Assembly: GCA_964217375.1 (NCBI GenBank)
Contig: CAXPJQ010000059.1
Coordinates: forward strand, 11,208-75,207
From: Bdellovibrionales bacterium
Lineage (GTDB): Archaea; Nanobdellota; Nanobdellia; Woesearchaeales; UBA583
Length of the DNA: 64,000 bases
Direction: 5' to 3'
In this document: one piece after another, positions 1 through 8,716 of the stretch
Position numbering within the stretch: position 1 is the stretch's first letter
How the letters are laid out: every line of letters begins with the position of its first letter
The notes under the pieces: generated by a model
The model's input: the letters and a program-made list of their open reading frames with translations, nothing else
Database searches by the model: none
Told to the model about the DNA's origin: nothing
Program-made: the position numbers and the translations under genes

Positions 1-147
1 GATTTGAAAGAAGAATTTGAAATTAAAGATAACAATAACAAAATTTTAATTTCAATAAATGATTTTGAAAGTGAAGCATTATATAAAGACATTTCAAAAG
101 ATTCAGAAATCAAAAAAGAAGGAACATCAGTTATAATAATTTCATAA
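1..147 (+). CDS. 3' end of an upstream gene cut by the window edge (…DLKEEFEIKDNNNKILISINDFESEALYKDISKDSEIKKEGTSVIIIS*)
   Basis: Open frame 1 from the first base to TAA at 145-147. No start codon lies in the window. Confidence 0.3.
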   Translation, partial: DLKEEFEIKDNNNKILISINDFESEALYKDISKDSEIKKEGTSVIIIS

Positions 148-148
148 A

Positions 149-2092
149 ATGGAAGAAATAAAAAATATTTTTGAATTAATTTATTCACTAAATAAAAAAT
201 CACCTCTTGAAGAAGAAATAAACATAGTTCATAAAATAAATAATGAAATAATTAATGATAAAAAACTAATTAAAAAGAAAAATACAATTTCTTTTTTTAT
301 AAATGAAATTAAACTTGAAAAAAATGAATCAATTATTATTAAAGATATCCCTGTAAATTTCATATCTTTTTTTGGAATAATTATTGGAGAAAATAGTAAA
401 TTAGTTTCATTTAAAAGAAAAAGTAATGAGACTATTTTTTTTTCAGATGAAGAAAATTTACAATATTTCTCAGATATTGAAGAGAAATCAATTAAAAAAG
501 TTAATCCTTTAATATTAAGAGATAAAAAAATTGAAAACATAGTTGAAAATCAAGACATTTCTGAAATTAAAAAATATTTAATTGAAGTTAGAAAATTAGA
601 TTTAAATAAAATTCATTTAGTTAACTCAAATAAGTTAGAATTATTTCTCCCAACAATTAAAAGAGAACATTTTAGAATTGCAAAAAAACTTAAAATTCCC
701 CTTAAGGAATTAATTAATAAAAATTTTATTAAAGTTAATATAAATTCAAAGAAAATACAAGAAATTAATATTTATGATACTCAAGAAATTAAAAATGTTT
801 TAAATCCAATTAAGGAAATAAAAGAAATAAGTAAAATTAAAACTCTAAATAACAATATTATTTTTAAAGATATTTCCAGAGAACTAATTATAAAAGTTAA
901 TATTGAAAGAATTAAAAGTAAAATTAAAAATATTGAAAATACAAATATTAACTTAGACGAATTCCAAGAATACTTGAAAGGAAAAGAAACACTTTTAATT
1001 GGTACAAAAAATAAAGAAAAATATATTCTCCCTATTTTTAAGAATAAAGAAATTAAAATATTTAGAAATCGAAAAGATTTTGAAAAAAATACTGGTGTTA
1101 TATATAAAGATGATAAAAATTTTTTAAATAGTGTTAAAGTTCAAAAAAATTCCAAAGAAGATTACTCCTTTTTAAATTATTATCTAAACCCAAAACTTAA
1201 TTTTTTAATAGAAAAAAACAATATTACAAATAATTTAACTAAATCTTATACAACAACTTTACTTAAATTAATATTAAAAGATTTAAATGAAAATCTTTTC
1301 TCAGATGAAGAGATAAATATTTCTCAAGTGTCAGAATTAATTAAACATATTAAAGCAGTTACAAAGTTCACAATAAATAAATCTATCTTATTTAACAAAA
1401 TTCCAACAACAATAAGAGCTCAAACTATTACTCAAAAATATTTAATTAGTAAAATTTCTAGTTTATATTTAAATATTGAAGATTATAAAAAAAATAAATC
1501 TAAAAAAAAATTACTTAGAGAATCTCTTAAAATTGCCCAAAAGATATCTGAATTTAAAAAAGAATTTAAAATTAAAGAAGATGATCTCTATTTTTATCAC
1601 CAATGTATTTTAATTTATCTTGAGGTCTTAAAAATATTTAAAGAAGAAACATCAACTCAAATCTCAGAATTACTTTTAAGTTATTTTAAAGAAAATAAAA
1701 TCAAAATATTCAAATCTAAAATTGATAAAAGTATTGAAACAATTATTGAAGACTTAATTTTAGCATCTAAACTCTCAAAAAATAAAAATATCATGCTTCA
1801 AATTAAAGAGAGTTCATATAATAAATTAATTTCTAAAAGAATAACTATTATGCCAACAACTTCTAAAATCACTAAAACTCAATATAGAGGAAATATCCCA
1901 AATTTAAGAAAAATCGCACCATATTCATATAAAAAAATATTAAAAAAAATAAATGGAAATTCCAAATTAGAATATATAAAAATTAATAATAAAGAAATCA
2001 AATTAAATAATACATTAATTAAGGAAACAAATTTTCATAATAATTTTAAAGAAATTAAATCAAATAAAATATTTTCAATATTTAAGAACTAA
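149..2092 (+). CDS. hypothetical Lys/Ile/Asn-rich low-complexity protein
   Basis: 647-aa ORF with no recognisable catalytic motif. Composition is typical of AT-rich small-genome archaea. Confidence 0.4.
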   Translation: MEEIKNIFELIYSLNKKSPLEEEINIVHKINNEIINDKKLIKKKNTISFFINEIKLEKNESIIIKDIPVNFISFFGIIIGENSKLVSFKRKSNETIFFSDEENLQYFSDIEEKSIKKVNPLILRDKKIENIVENQDISEIKKYLIEVRKLDLNKIHLVNSNKLELFLPTIKREHFRIAKKLKIPLKELINKNFIKVNINSKKIQEINIYDTQEIKNVLNPIKEIKEISKIKTLNNNIIFKDISRELIIKVNIERIKSKIKNIENTNINLDEFQEYLKGKETLLIGTKNKEKYILPIFKNKEIKIFRNRKDFEKNTGVIYKDDKNFLNSVKVQKNSKEDYSFLNYYLNPKLNFLIEKNNITNNLTKSYTTTLLKLILKDLNENLFSDEEINISQVSELIKHIKAVTKFTINKSILFNKIPTTIRAQTITQKYLISKISSLYLNIEDYKKNKSKKKLLRESLKIAQKISEFKKEFKIKEDDLYFYHQCILIYLEVLKIFKEETSTQISELLLSYFKENKIKIFKSKIDKSIETIIEDLILASKLSKNKNIMLQIKESSYNKLISKRITIMPTTSKITKTQYRGNIPNLRKIAPYSYKKILKKINGNSKLEYIKINNKEIKLNNTLIKETNFHNNFKEIKSNKIFSIFKN

Positions 2093-2644
2093 AAACCCTG
2101 AATCTATTTCAATTAATTCACTTGAACTAAATAAATTCTCAACTTCTGAGATAAATTTTCTCATATATGAATGCGACAAAACATTATCACATACCAAAAT
2201 AGTTTCTTTTTTAATTAATTTTTTTTCAATTAATTCTTTAACTAGTTTTAAATAATCTTGATGTGCTGCATCCAAAAAGATGAAATCAAAATATGAATTT
2301 AATTTATTTTTATCCAACACTTCAAAAACATTTCCAAGTATTGGTTCAACTAAAAAATCAATCTCTGCATCTTTAAAATTAAGTTTTGCTTGATTTTGTC
2401 TCTCCTCATTTATTTCAATTGTTGTAATTTTAGATTCTAATTTTAAACCCAAACTCATAAATAAAGTTGAAAAACCATTTGAAGTCCCAATCTCTAAAAC
2501 TTTTTTTGGTTGATATAATTCTATTAATTCTTTTAAAATAATACCTAATCTCCAGGAAATATTCCAATTATTTGAGAATTGTTTTTGCTTTTGTAGTTTT
2601 TTAAGAATAAGTAAAACTTTTTCCTTATTTATTGAAGGAACCAT
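2075..2644 (-). CDS. class I SAM-dependent O-methyltransferase (family 3, YrrM/TrmR-like)
   Basis: SAM-binding motif 'VLEIGTSNGFSTL' followed by the acidic post-motif 'FIFLDAAHQDY'. Length of 189 aa fits O-MTase family 3. Confidence 0.7.
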   Translation of the reverse strand: MVPSINKEKVLLILKKLQKQKQFSNNWNISWRLGIILKELIELYQPKKVLEIGTSNGFSTLFMSLGLKLESKITTIEINEERQNQAKLNFKDAEIDFLVEPILGNVFEVLDKNKLNSYFDFIFLDAAHQDYLKLVKELIEKKLIKKETILVCDNVLSHSYMRKFISEVENLFSSSELIEIDSGFLVLKY

Positions 2645-2670
2645 GTTTATCTAGATTTATATTAAGAAAA

Positions 2671-2775
2671 TTATCTATTATTTCTTAATTTTCTTTTTCT
2701 AGCTCTCATAATTTTTTTTTGCCATTTCCATCTCATTTGGCCTTTTTTCTTCCATCTTCTTGAACTTCTTTTCAT
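2671..2775 (-). CDS. rpl41e: ribosomal protein L41e-like small basic protein (34 aa: MKRSSRRWKKKGQMRWKWQKKIMRARKRKLRNNR)
   Basis: Hand-translated minus-strand ORF absent from the ORF track because it is too short. It is extremely Arg/Lys/Trp-rich. The 'RWKKKGxMRWKW' pattern recalls archaeal L41e. It sits in an otherwise empty 310-bp spacer. Confidence 0.45.
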   Translation of the reverse strand: MKRSSRRWKKKGQMRWKWQKKIMRARKRKLRNNR

Positions 2776-2955
2776 TTTTAATAAACCTCATTAATTAAGA
2801 TATTAAACTCCTAAATTCTCACAAAACTTAAGAGCTCAATGATTAATGTCTACTAAAATCTAATTTAAATCTCTTTTTAAATCTTATGGAAACTAAGTAC
2901 TAACTCCTCAGAATTAATTACTAAAATATATAAAATAAAAATCCAAACAAAATAT

Positions 2956-3441
2956 ATGTTTAAAAGCAAAGTAGCTCAAATCCCTATTATTAAAATGACT
3001 TTAATTATTTTAGTTACTTCTATATTATTTATTTTTTTTCTTTTCCAATTCTTTAGTGCATCAACTATAATATTAAATGAAAAAGATTTAACTCAGCAAA
3101 TTATTTCAAATAAAATTATTCAAAAAAGTTGTACTTCTGAAAAATTTGGTATTATCAACCTAAATTCCTATGAAAAAAATCTTGAGGATTGTTTAAGTGA
3201 ATTTGATGATTCAAACATAATTAAAATTGAAATTGAAAAGATTGCAAAAGATTTCACCTCAACTCAAAATATAGTTTTAACAAATTATATTAATACTCAA
3301 GAAAATGAATTCTTAAAAGAAAAACAATTTTGTTCAATTTTATCTACTAAAAAATGTTTCAAAGAAATATATCCAATCTTAATAAAAACTGATTCTGAAG
3401 CATTATATCCTGCAAATTTAGAGTTGCAAATCATTTCTTAA
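2956..3441 (+). CDS. hypothetical membrane-anchored protein (N-terminal TM helix)
   Basis: Hydrophobic N-terminus 'IPIIKMTLIILVTSILFIFFLFQFF'. No known motifs. Confidence 0.35.
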   Translation: MFKSKVAQIPIIKMTLIILVTSILFIFFLFQFFSASTIILNEKDLTQQIISNKIIQKSCTSEKFGIINLNSYEKNLEDCLSEFDDSNIIKIEIEKIAKDFTSTQNIVLTNYINTQENEFLKEKQFCSILSTKKCFKEIYPILIKTDSEALYPANLELQIIS

Positions 3442-3538
3442 AAGTAATTACAAAAAATTAGTACTATTAAATTATAATAGAAACATTTAAATACTATCAA
3501 TTAGGAAAAATTACTATTAAACAAAAGTTAAAAAAATT

Positions 3539-3592
3539 CGTGTTTTATAATACTCATCAAAGGGTATTATTGTTTAGTTAAAACAATACACG
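3539..3592. promoter_or_regulatory. palindromic element and TATA-like box upstream of the TrmB-family regulator gene
   Basis: Flanks 'cgtgt…acacg' enclose 'TTTATAA', the imperfect inverted repeat 'ATACTC-N6-GGGTAT', and 'ttgtttagttaaaacaa'. A second 'tttataaata' lies about 45 nt before the ATG at 3642. Confidence 0.25.
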
Positions 3593-3641
3593 AACATTTA
3601 TAAATAACAAAAAGTTAAATAAATATATACATAAATAAAAA

Positions 3642-4442
3642 ATGATAGTTAAAGAAGAGTTTCTAAATATGCTTCGGCAATACTTCAGCCTAAATTTATA
3701 TGAAGTAAAAATCTGGACTGCTTTACTTTCAAGAAAAGTAGCAACTGCAGGAGAGCTAAGTGACCTAGCTGTTGTTCCTAGATCAAGAACATATGATGTT
3801 CTAGAATCACTTGAAAAAAAAGGATTTGTAATGGTTAAACTTGGAAAACCTATTAAATATATTGCTATTTCTCCAAAAGATGTAATTGATAGAGTTAAAA
3901 AAAGAGTTGCAGAAAAATCAGAAGAAAAACTTCAAAAATTAGAAGCACTAAGAGATTCTGAAGTTTTAAAAGATCTAGAACAATTACACGAACAAGGAAT
4001 TCAATTAGTTGAGCCATCCGATTTATCAGGTGCTCTAAAAGGTAGATATAACTTATATAACCACTTAGAAGCTATGGTAAAATCAGCTGAATCAGAAGTA
4101 ATTATTATGACAACATCAACTGGATTTTTAAGAAAAGTTGAAGCATTAAAAGGTATTTTTGAAGAGTTACAAGGTAGAGGAGTTTCAATTAAAATTGCTT
4201 GTCCTAAAACTGAAAAAACTAGTGAAATTAAAGAAGATCTTAAAGATGTTGCTGAAGTTAGATTCACAGATGAAATTGAAGCAAGATTCTGTATTATTGA
4301 TGGAGAAGAAGTTTTATTCATGACACTTCATGATAAAGATATATATCCTGCATATGATATTGGAGTTTGGGTAAATACACCTTTCTTCTCACAAGCACTT
4401 CAACAAATGTTTGAAATTTCTTGGAGAGAAATGGAAAAATAA
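3642..4442 (+). CDS. TrmB-family transcriptional regulator (archaeal sugar-responsive type)
   Basis: N-terminal winged HTH 'ELSDLAVVPRSRTYDVLESLEKKGFV'. The 266-aa length with a C-terminal effector domain fits the TrmB architecture. Confidence 0.7.
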   Translation: MIVKEEFLNMLRQYFSLNLYEVKIWTALLSRKVATAGELSDLAVVPRSRTYDVLESLEKKGFVMVKLGKPIKYIAISPKDVIDRVKKRVAEKSEEKLQKLEALRDSEVLKDLEQLHEQGIQLVEPSDLSGALKGRYNLYNHLEAMVKSAESEVIIMTTSTGFLRKVEALKGIFEELQGRGVSIKIACPKTEKTSEIKEDLKDVAEVRFTDEIEARFCIIDGEEVLFMTLHDKDIYPAYDIGVWVNTPFFSQALQQMFEISWREMEK

Positions 4443-4553
4443 TTTTTTCCAAACAAAACTAAAATTAAAAAATTTAACTTAAAAATTTTTAATAACTTTT
4501 TCTTTTTTAAAAACAAAATAAATAGAAATAAAATTTTAATATAAAAATAAGAA

Positions 4554-4970
4554 TTATTTTTTCTTAAGTTCTTGAAGTTCTTTATGCATTTGATTTGCAG
4601 CAATTTCATATTTTCTTAATTTAACATTAGTTTTAAGTAAAATATTTGAAACATCATTTAAAATTCCTGAAAACTCAGAAGTATCAAATTTTAAAGTATC
4701 AGGTTCAACAATTTCAACAGAAGTTGGAGTATAATCTGCAACAAAACCAAGTAATTTTGAAATATCATCAAATTTACATTCTAAATCTAAAAACCCAACA
4801 TATAACCCATTTTCTTCATTTAATTCAGGTTTATTTAAATCAATTTCAATTAATTTGAAATTTTCGTTCTCTTCTTCAAATCTACTTTTAAATTTTTCAA
4901 GAGCAACACTTACATTTTGTACAGGTTTACCTGCAATTTCAATAATAAATCTTGAAACTATCTTTGTCAT
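4554..4970 (-). CDS. hypothetical protein with C-terminal coiled coil
   Basis: 138-aa ORF with no recognised motifs. Confidence 0.3.
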   Translation of the reverse strand: MTKIVSRFIIEIAGKPVQNVSVALEKFKSRFEEENENFKLIEIDLNKPELNEENGLYVGFLDLECKFDDISKLLGFVADYTPTSVEIVEPDTLKFDTSEFSGILNDVSNILLKTNVKLRKYEIAANQMHKELQELKKK

Positions 4971-5021
4971 AAATTAACTAAAGAAAAAGAAGTTTATAAA
5001 TATTAAGGTAAAATAAGAAGA

Positions 5022-5513
5022 TTAAAGATGTATTCTCTCTTGAATTTGTTCTTTAATAAAATCTGGTTTTTTAATATCTTTAATAATTAAAGAACTATCA
5101 TTATCTGAATCTAAATCATTTCCAGTATGAATTATTAAGTTTCCCACCCCACAAATCCTATCCCATAAATCTTTTTTAACTTCAATATCTGTAATTTGTT
5201 TATAGTTAATACTATGAGTTTCTTCTTTAAAAAAAGTAAACTTTTCTTCAATATGATGTGAATAAAACCTATATTCCCTAAAGTAAATGTTAAAAAAATC
5301 TCTTGAAACCTTCACAAAAGAAAAAAATAAAGTAAAAAAAACTAATGATAAAAATATACTTAAGTCATAAGAAAAATTAAAAAATAAATCTAATACCCAA
5401 TAAATTGAATATAAAAAAACTAAAAATGCAGAATTATAAAATGCATGTTTTAAAAATTTAGGTAGGATTGAATTTATTAAAGATGATTTTACCAATAAAA
5501 AATTTGAATCCAT
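5022..5513 (-). CDS. membrane protein with bacterial-type PH (YdbS/YdbT-like, DUF304) domain
   Basis: Two N-terminal TM helices followed by 'ICGVGNLIIHTGN', which is characteristic of bPH_2 domains. Confidence 0.5.
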   Translation of the reverse strand: MDSNFLLVKSSLINSILPKFLKHAFYNSAFLVFLYSIYWVLDLFFNFSYDLSIFLSLVFFTLFFSFVKVSRDFFNIYFREYRFYSHHIEEKFTFFKEETHSINYKQITDIEVKKDLWDRICGVGNLIIHTGNDLDSDNDSSLIIKDIKKPDFIKEQIQERIHL

Positions 5514-5526
5514 TTTTATTTAAAAT

Positions 5527-6000
5527 TTATAAAGGTAAATTCTCTAAAAATGTTCCCATAACTAAATTTTCAATCATAGGTCTCACTAAATCAATATAAT
5601 ATGGAGCAAAACCAATTAAAGCTGAAACTAAAATTTTATGCCAAAACTTCTCAGAAAACCCTGACCCTGAAACTCCTTTAATTGCATGAGATGCAACCAT
5701 TTTAACCATCATAAAAATCGTAATAATTACTGAAATTACAATTGACCTTCCCATATCATCAATCATTAAAATCCCATTTAAAAAGTCTGGGAAAAAATCT
5801 TGTGCAACTAAAGTTGGAACATTTGATGCAACTAAAACTCCAATTACTGCAAAAAGTAATCCATGCCACATATCTCCAAGAAAATCTTTTCCTGAAGTCA
5901 TATTTTCATCTTCATATACAAAATATGCCTCTAATACTCCAACAATTAGTCCTACAATTATTGGAATTACTATTGTTAATGCTACTTCTTCTACTGCCAT
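5527..6000 (-). CDS. hypothetical polytopic membrane protein
   Basis: 157 aa with 4-5 hydrophobic segments. No motifs recognised. Confidence 0.35.
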   Translation of the reverse strand: MAVEEVALTIVIPIIVGLIVGVLEAYFVYEDENMTSGKDFLGDMWHGLLFAVIGVLVASNVPTLVAQDFFPDFLNGILMIDDMGRSIVISVIITIFMMVKMVASHAIKGVSGSGFSEKFWHKILVSALIGFAPYYIDLVRPMIENLVMGTFLENLPL

Positions 6001-6003
6001 TTT

Positions 6004-6855
6004 TTAATTATCATCAATTTCATGTATTGTTATTTTTCCAAAATGTTTATCTTGTTTGACTTCAACTTTTGTTTGATTATGTAAATGAAGTAATGGAATA
6101 AATTTTTCCAATATATCCATTTTAGTTTCCAAATTTTGAGTTAAAGTATCAAATTCTACATGAGCTTTTTTTTGTGCAAACTCTTCTAAAATAAAACTAT
6201 GCAACTCTTCAATAATTTGTTTTAAATCCTTAGGTTTTTTTTCATATTCAGGACCTGTATATTTGATTTCAGAATTTTTAAGTAGGAAGTTTTTTCTTCT
6301 TCTATTACTTTGAATAAATGTTTTTTCCAAAGTTTTAATTAAATCAAAAATATTTACTTTCCTTTTTCTTGCAATTGGGTTTCTAACTTTTAGAGAATAC
6401 TTTTCTTTTTTTTTATTTTCTCCAATTAAATCCAATTCAGAATCAAAATCTTCCAGTAAATCTAGATCCATATCTGAATCTTGAGATTCAACTAAACCTA
6501 TTTTTTCTTCAATCCCTCTGATATCTCTCTCAACTAAATATTCTGCCTTTGTTTTTAATAAAAAAACAGCAATTGTTAAAAGTTTTCCTGAAATATCAAA
6601 ATCAATTGATTTTACTTTTTTTAATTCATTCAAATAAGTATGAGTTAAAACTCCCAGATCAACATCCCAAGGATTTAATCCTTCCCTATGAATTAAATTA
6701 TACAGAAAACCTCTCCAATCTAATTCATCTCTATTTGTTGCAACTGCATAAATTCTATCCTCTGGTCTTACATACTCTAAAATGGATTCCTCAGATTCTG
6801 AGTTATTTTCATTTCTAGAGTGTTCTAAAACCTCATTTGAAGAACTTGAATGCAT
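6004..6855 (-). CDS. scpA: segregation and condensation protein A (kleisin ScpA)
   Basis: N-terminal block 'NPWDVDLGVLTHTYLNELKKVKSIDFDISGKLLTIAVFLLKTKAEYL' matches the ScpA signature (…DI-I…YL… …aaE-L…A--Ll-iK). An acidic middle and a C-terminal winged helix follow. Confidence 0.55.
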   Translation of the reverse strand: MHSSSSNEVLEHSRNENNSESEESILEYVRPEDRIYAVATNRDELDWRGFLYNLIHREGLNPWDVDLGVLTHTYLNELKKVKSIDFDISGKLLTIAVFLLKTKAEYLVERDIRGIEEKIGLVESQDSDMDLDLLEDFDSELDLIGENKKKEKYSLKVRNPIARKRKVNIFDLIKTLEKTFIQSNRRRKNFLLKNSEIKYTGPEYEKKPKDLKQIIEELHSFILEEFAQKKAHVEFDTLTQNLETKMDILEKFIPLLHLHNQTKVEVKQDKHFGKITIHEIDDN

Positions 6856-6945
6856 AGTTAAAATTCAAGATCTACCTTTTTAAATAAGTGTTATAACTCA
6901 GTTAGAAGACTTAAAACTTATATAAACAGATTATTATAAAAAGAT

Positions 6946-8154
6946 ATGAGAAAAATAATAATTCTATTTTTACTTATTTTATCAATACCAAATATATTTT
7001 CTTCATTCTATTTAGAGAGAGATGGTTGGTGTGTTGACATGCCAACCCCCTTTACTGTATACAATCAAACTCAATGGAATAATAGAGAAGAAATCGAAGA
7101 TGATGATGATTTAAATTTTTCAAAATTAAGTATTACTGTTACTGTTTATGACGGACCATTTAAAGATGAAGATAATATATATTTTGAAGAAGAATTTAAA
7201 AAAGTAGAATTACCTAGCTTTGAAATTAATTTTGATAGAGAAGGAATATTTCTTATTGAAATTTATGAAACAAATAATAAATCAAATGATTATGAAGAAG
7301 AAATTGATATCTTAGAATGTAGAAGAAATTATGTTGCTCCTGAAATTAAATATAATTATTCTCTTGAAATTAAAAATGAATTAGAAGTTACTTTAATTAA
7401 TACTTTAATTGAAGATTCAAATTCTATTTCTTTAAAAATTGAAGAAATGATGAATTTTGAAAATATTGAAGATATTAGTAAAATATTTACAATAAATAGT
7501 TCTGAAGAATTAAGTGGAAATTTAAGTTTTAAAATTAAATTAGATGACTCTAATTTAAATAACTCTTTAGTTAAATATAATAAAAATACAAAAAAGTTCG
7601 AAAATGTTGAAAATTTTATGATTAAAAATGAAAAAATTATTTTAAATAATACTCAATTTGGAACATATGGAATACTATCTAAAGAAATAATCACTGGAAT
7701 TGAAGAAGAAGAAGTCGTAGAAGAAAAATTATCTGAAGAAGAAATTGAAGCTCAAAAACAATTAGAAGAAGAAGAAAAACTTCTTCAACAGCAAAGAGAA
7801 GAAGAAATTAAAGCACAAAAAGAGGAAATTGAAGCAATTAGTGAGGATTTAGAGTTAGAATCAAATCCTCTTAAAGATTATTCTAAAGTTTTAATTATTG
7901 GTTCAATTATTGTTTTAGTTTTAATTTTTTCTCCAAAATTATTTAAATCAAAAACTGACAAGCAAGCATATCATGAAGAAAGAAATAAAAAAACAAAAAA
8001 TCAAATTACAACATATAAAGAAGCATATTACAAAACTAAAGAATATGTTCAAAAACATAAAACAAAATTTTCAAGAGATTCAATTCAAGCTGCACTTAAG
8101 AGTTCAAACATTCCTGATGAAATAATTCAAATTGTTTTTGATGAAGAATATTAA
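6946..8154 (+). CDS. secreted or type-I membrane protein with Glu-rich coiled coil
   Basis: Signal peptide 'MRKIIILFLLILSIPNIFSS', an EEEx coiled-coil stretch, and a single C-terminal TM 'VLIIGSIIVLVLIF'. Confidence 0.4.
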   Translation: MRKIIILFLLILSIPNIFSSFYLERDGWCVDMPTPFTVYNQTQWNNREEIEDDDDLNFSKLSITVTVYDGPFKDEDNIYFEEEFKKVELPSFEINFDREGIFLIEIYETNNKSNDYEEEIDILECRRNYVAPEIKYNYSLEIKNELEVTLINTLIEDSNSISLKIEEMMNFENIEDISKIFTINSSEELSGNLSFKIKLDDSNLNNSLVKYNKNTKKFENVENFMIKNEKIILNNTQFGTYGILSKEIITGIEEEEVVEEKLSEEEIEAQKQLEEEEKLLQQQREEEIKAQKEEIEAISEDLELESNPLKDYSKVLIIGSIIVLVLIFSPKLFKSKTDKQAYHEERNKKTKNQITTYKEAYYKTKEYVQKHKTKFSRDSIQAALKSSNIPDEIIQIVFDEEY

Positions 8155-8164
8155 ATTAATTATT

Positions 8165-8539
8165 TTATCTATTAAACAACAGTTCTCCTGAATGTAATGA
8201 GTAAAATAATCTATCAATTAATTCATCTTTCTTTCTTAATTTAACATCCAAAAGAGCAGTCTCATCGATAAAAGTATTTCTAGATAATGAAGTTATTGTC
8301 TCTTCTGATGCTCGAGATAATGAACAAGAAAAACTCCCACAATATTTAGTAGATGATATAGGAGAGTATAAAGAAAACCCCAATTGAATCATTTTTGGTA
8401 ATTTTTCAGGTATTGATTTAGCAAATAATACTTCTCTTGAGAATTCACTACATTCAAAGTTAAAAGTCCCAAAATCAGAAATATATCTCTCTGCAAAATA
8501 TTTAAAAGTATCAAAAAAAGGCATTACTCTTGAATTCAT
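8165..8539 (-). CDS. hypothetical protein
   Basis: 124-aa ORF with no motifs. Confidence 0.3.
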   Translation of the reverse strand: MNSRVMPFFDTFKYFAERYISDFGTFNFECSEFSREVLFAKSIPEKLPKMIQLGFSLYSPISSTKYCGSFSCSLSRASEETITSLSRNTFIDETALLDVKLRKKDELIDRLFYSLHSGELLFNR

Positions 8540-8716
8540 AATAAAAGAAAAATAATTAATAAAAGTATCTAAAAATAAAGAAATAATCCCAATTAGTAAT
8601 CTGTGTATAAAAAGTACTTAGCATAGAAGAACTTAAGTATAAATAAGTAGAAAATTACCCATAACTTTCTCTTAAATATGTAACAAATTTAAAAAAATAA
8701 AAATATTTAAAATTAA

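Noticed and set aside
229-540. Short antisense or overlapping ORFs inside longer genes (229..540, 4001..4321, 4400..4609, 4646..4858, 5742..6059, 6549..6818, 14440..14697, 17106..17324, 20203..20421, 23368..23553, 24599..24793, 28553..28738, 35876..36148, 38043..38289, 42110..42343, 43518..43730, 53307..53501, 54935..55141, 57362..57697, 57962..58570, 59874..60101, 61695..61928, 62341..62837)
   Set aside because: They lie opposite or overlapping strongly supported genes. They show low-complexity AT-rich translations with no motifs, as expected by chance in roughly 25-30% GC DNA.
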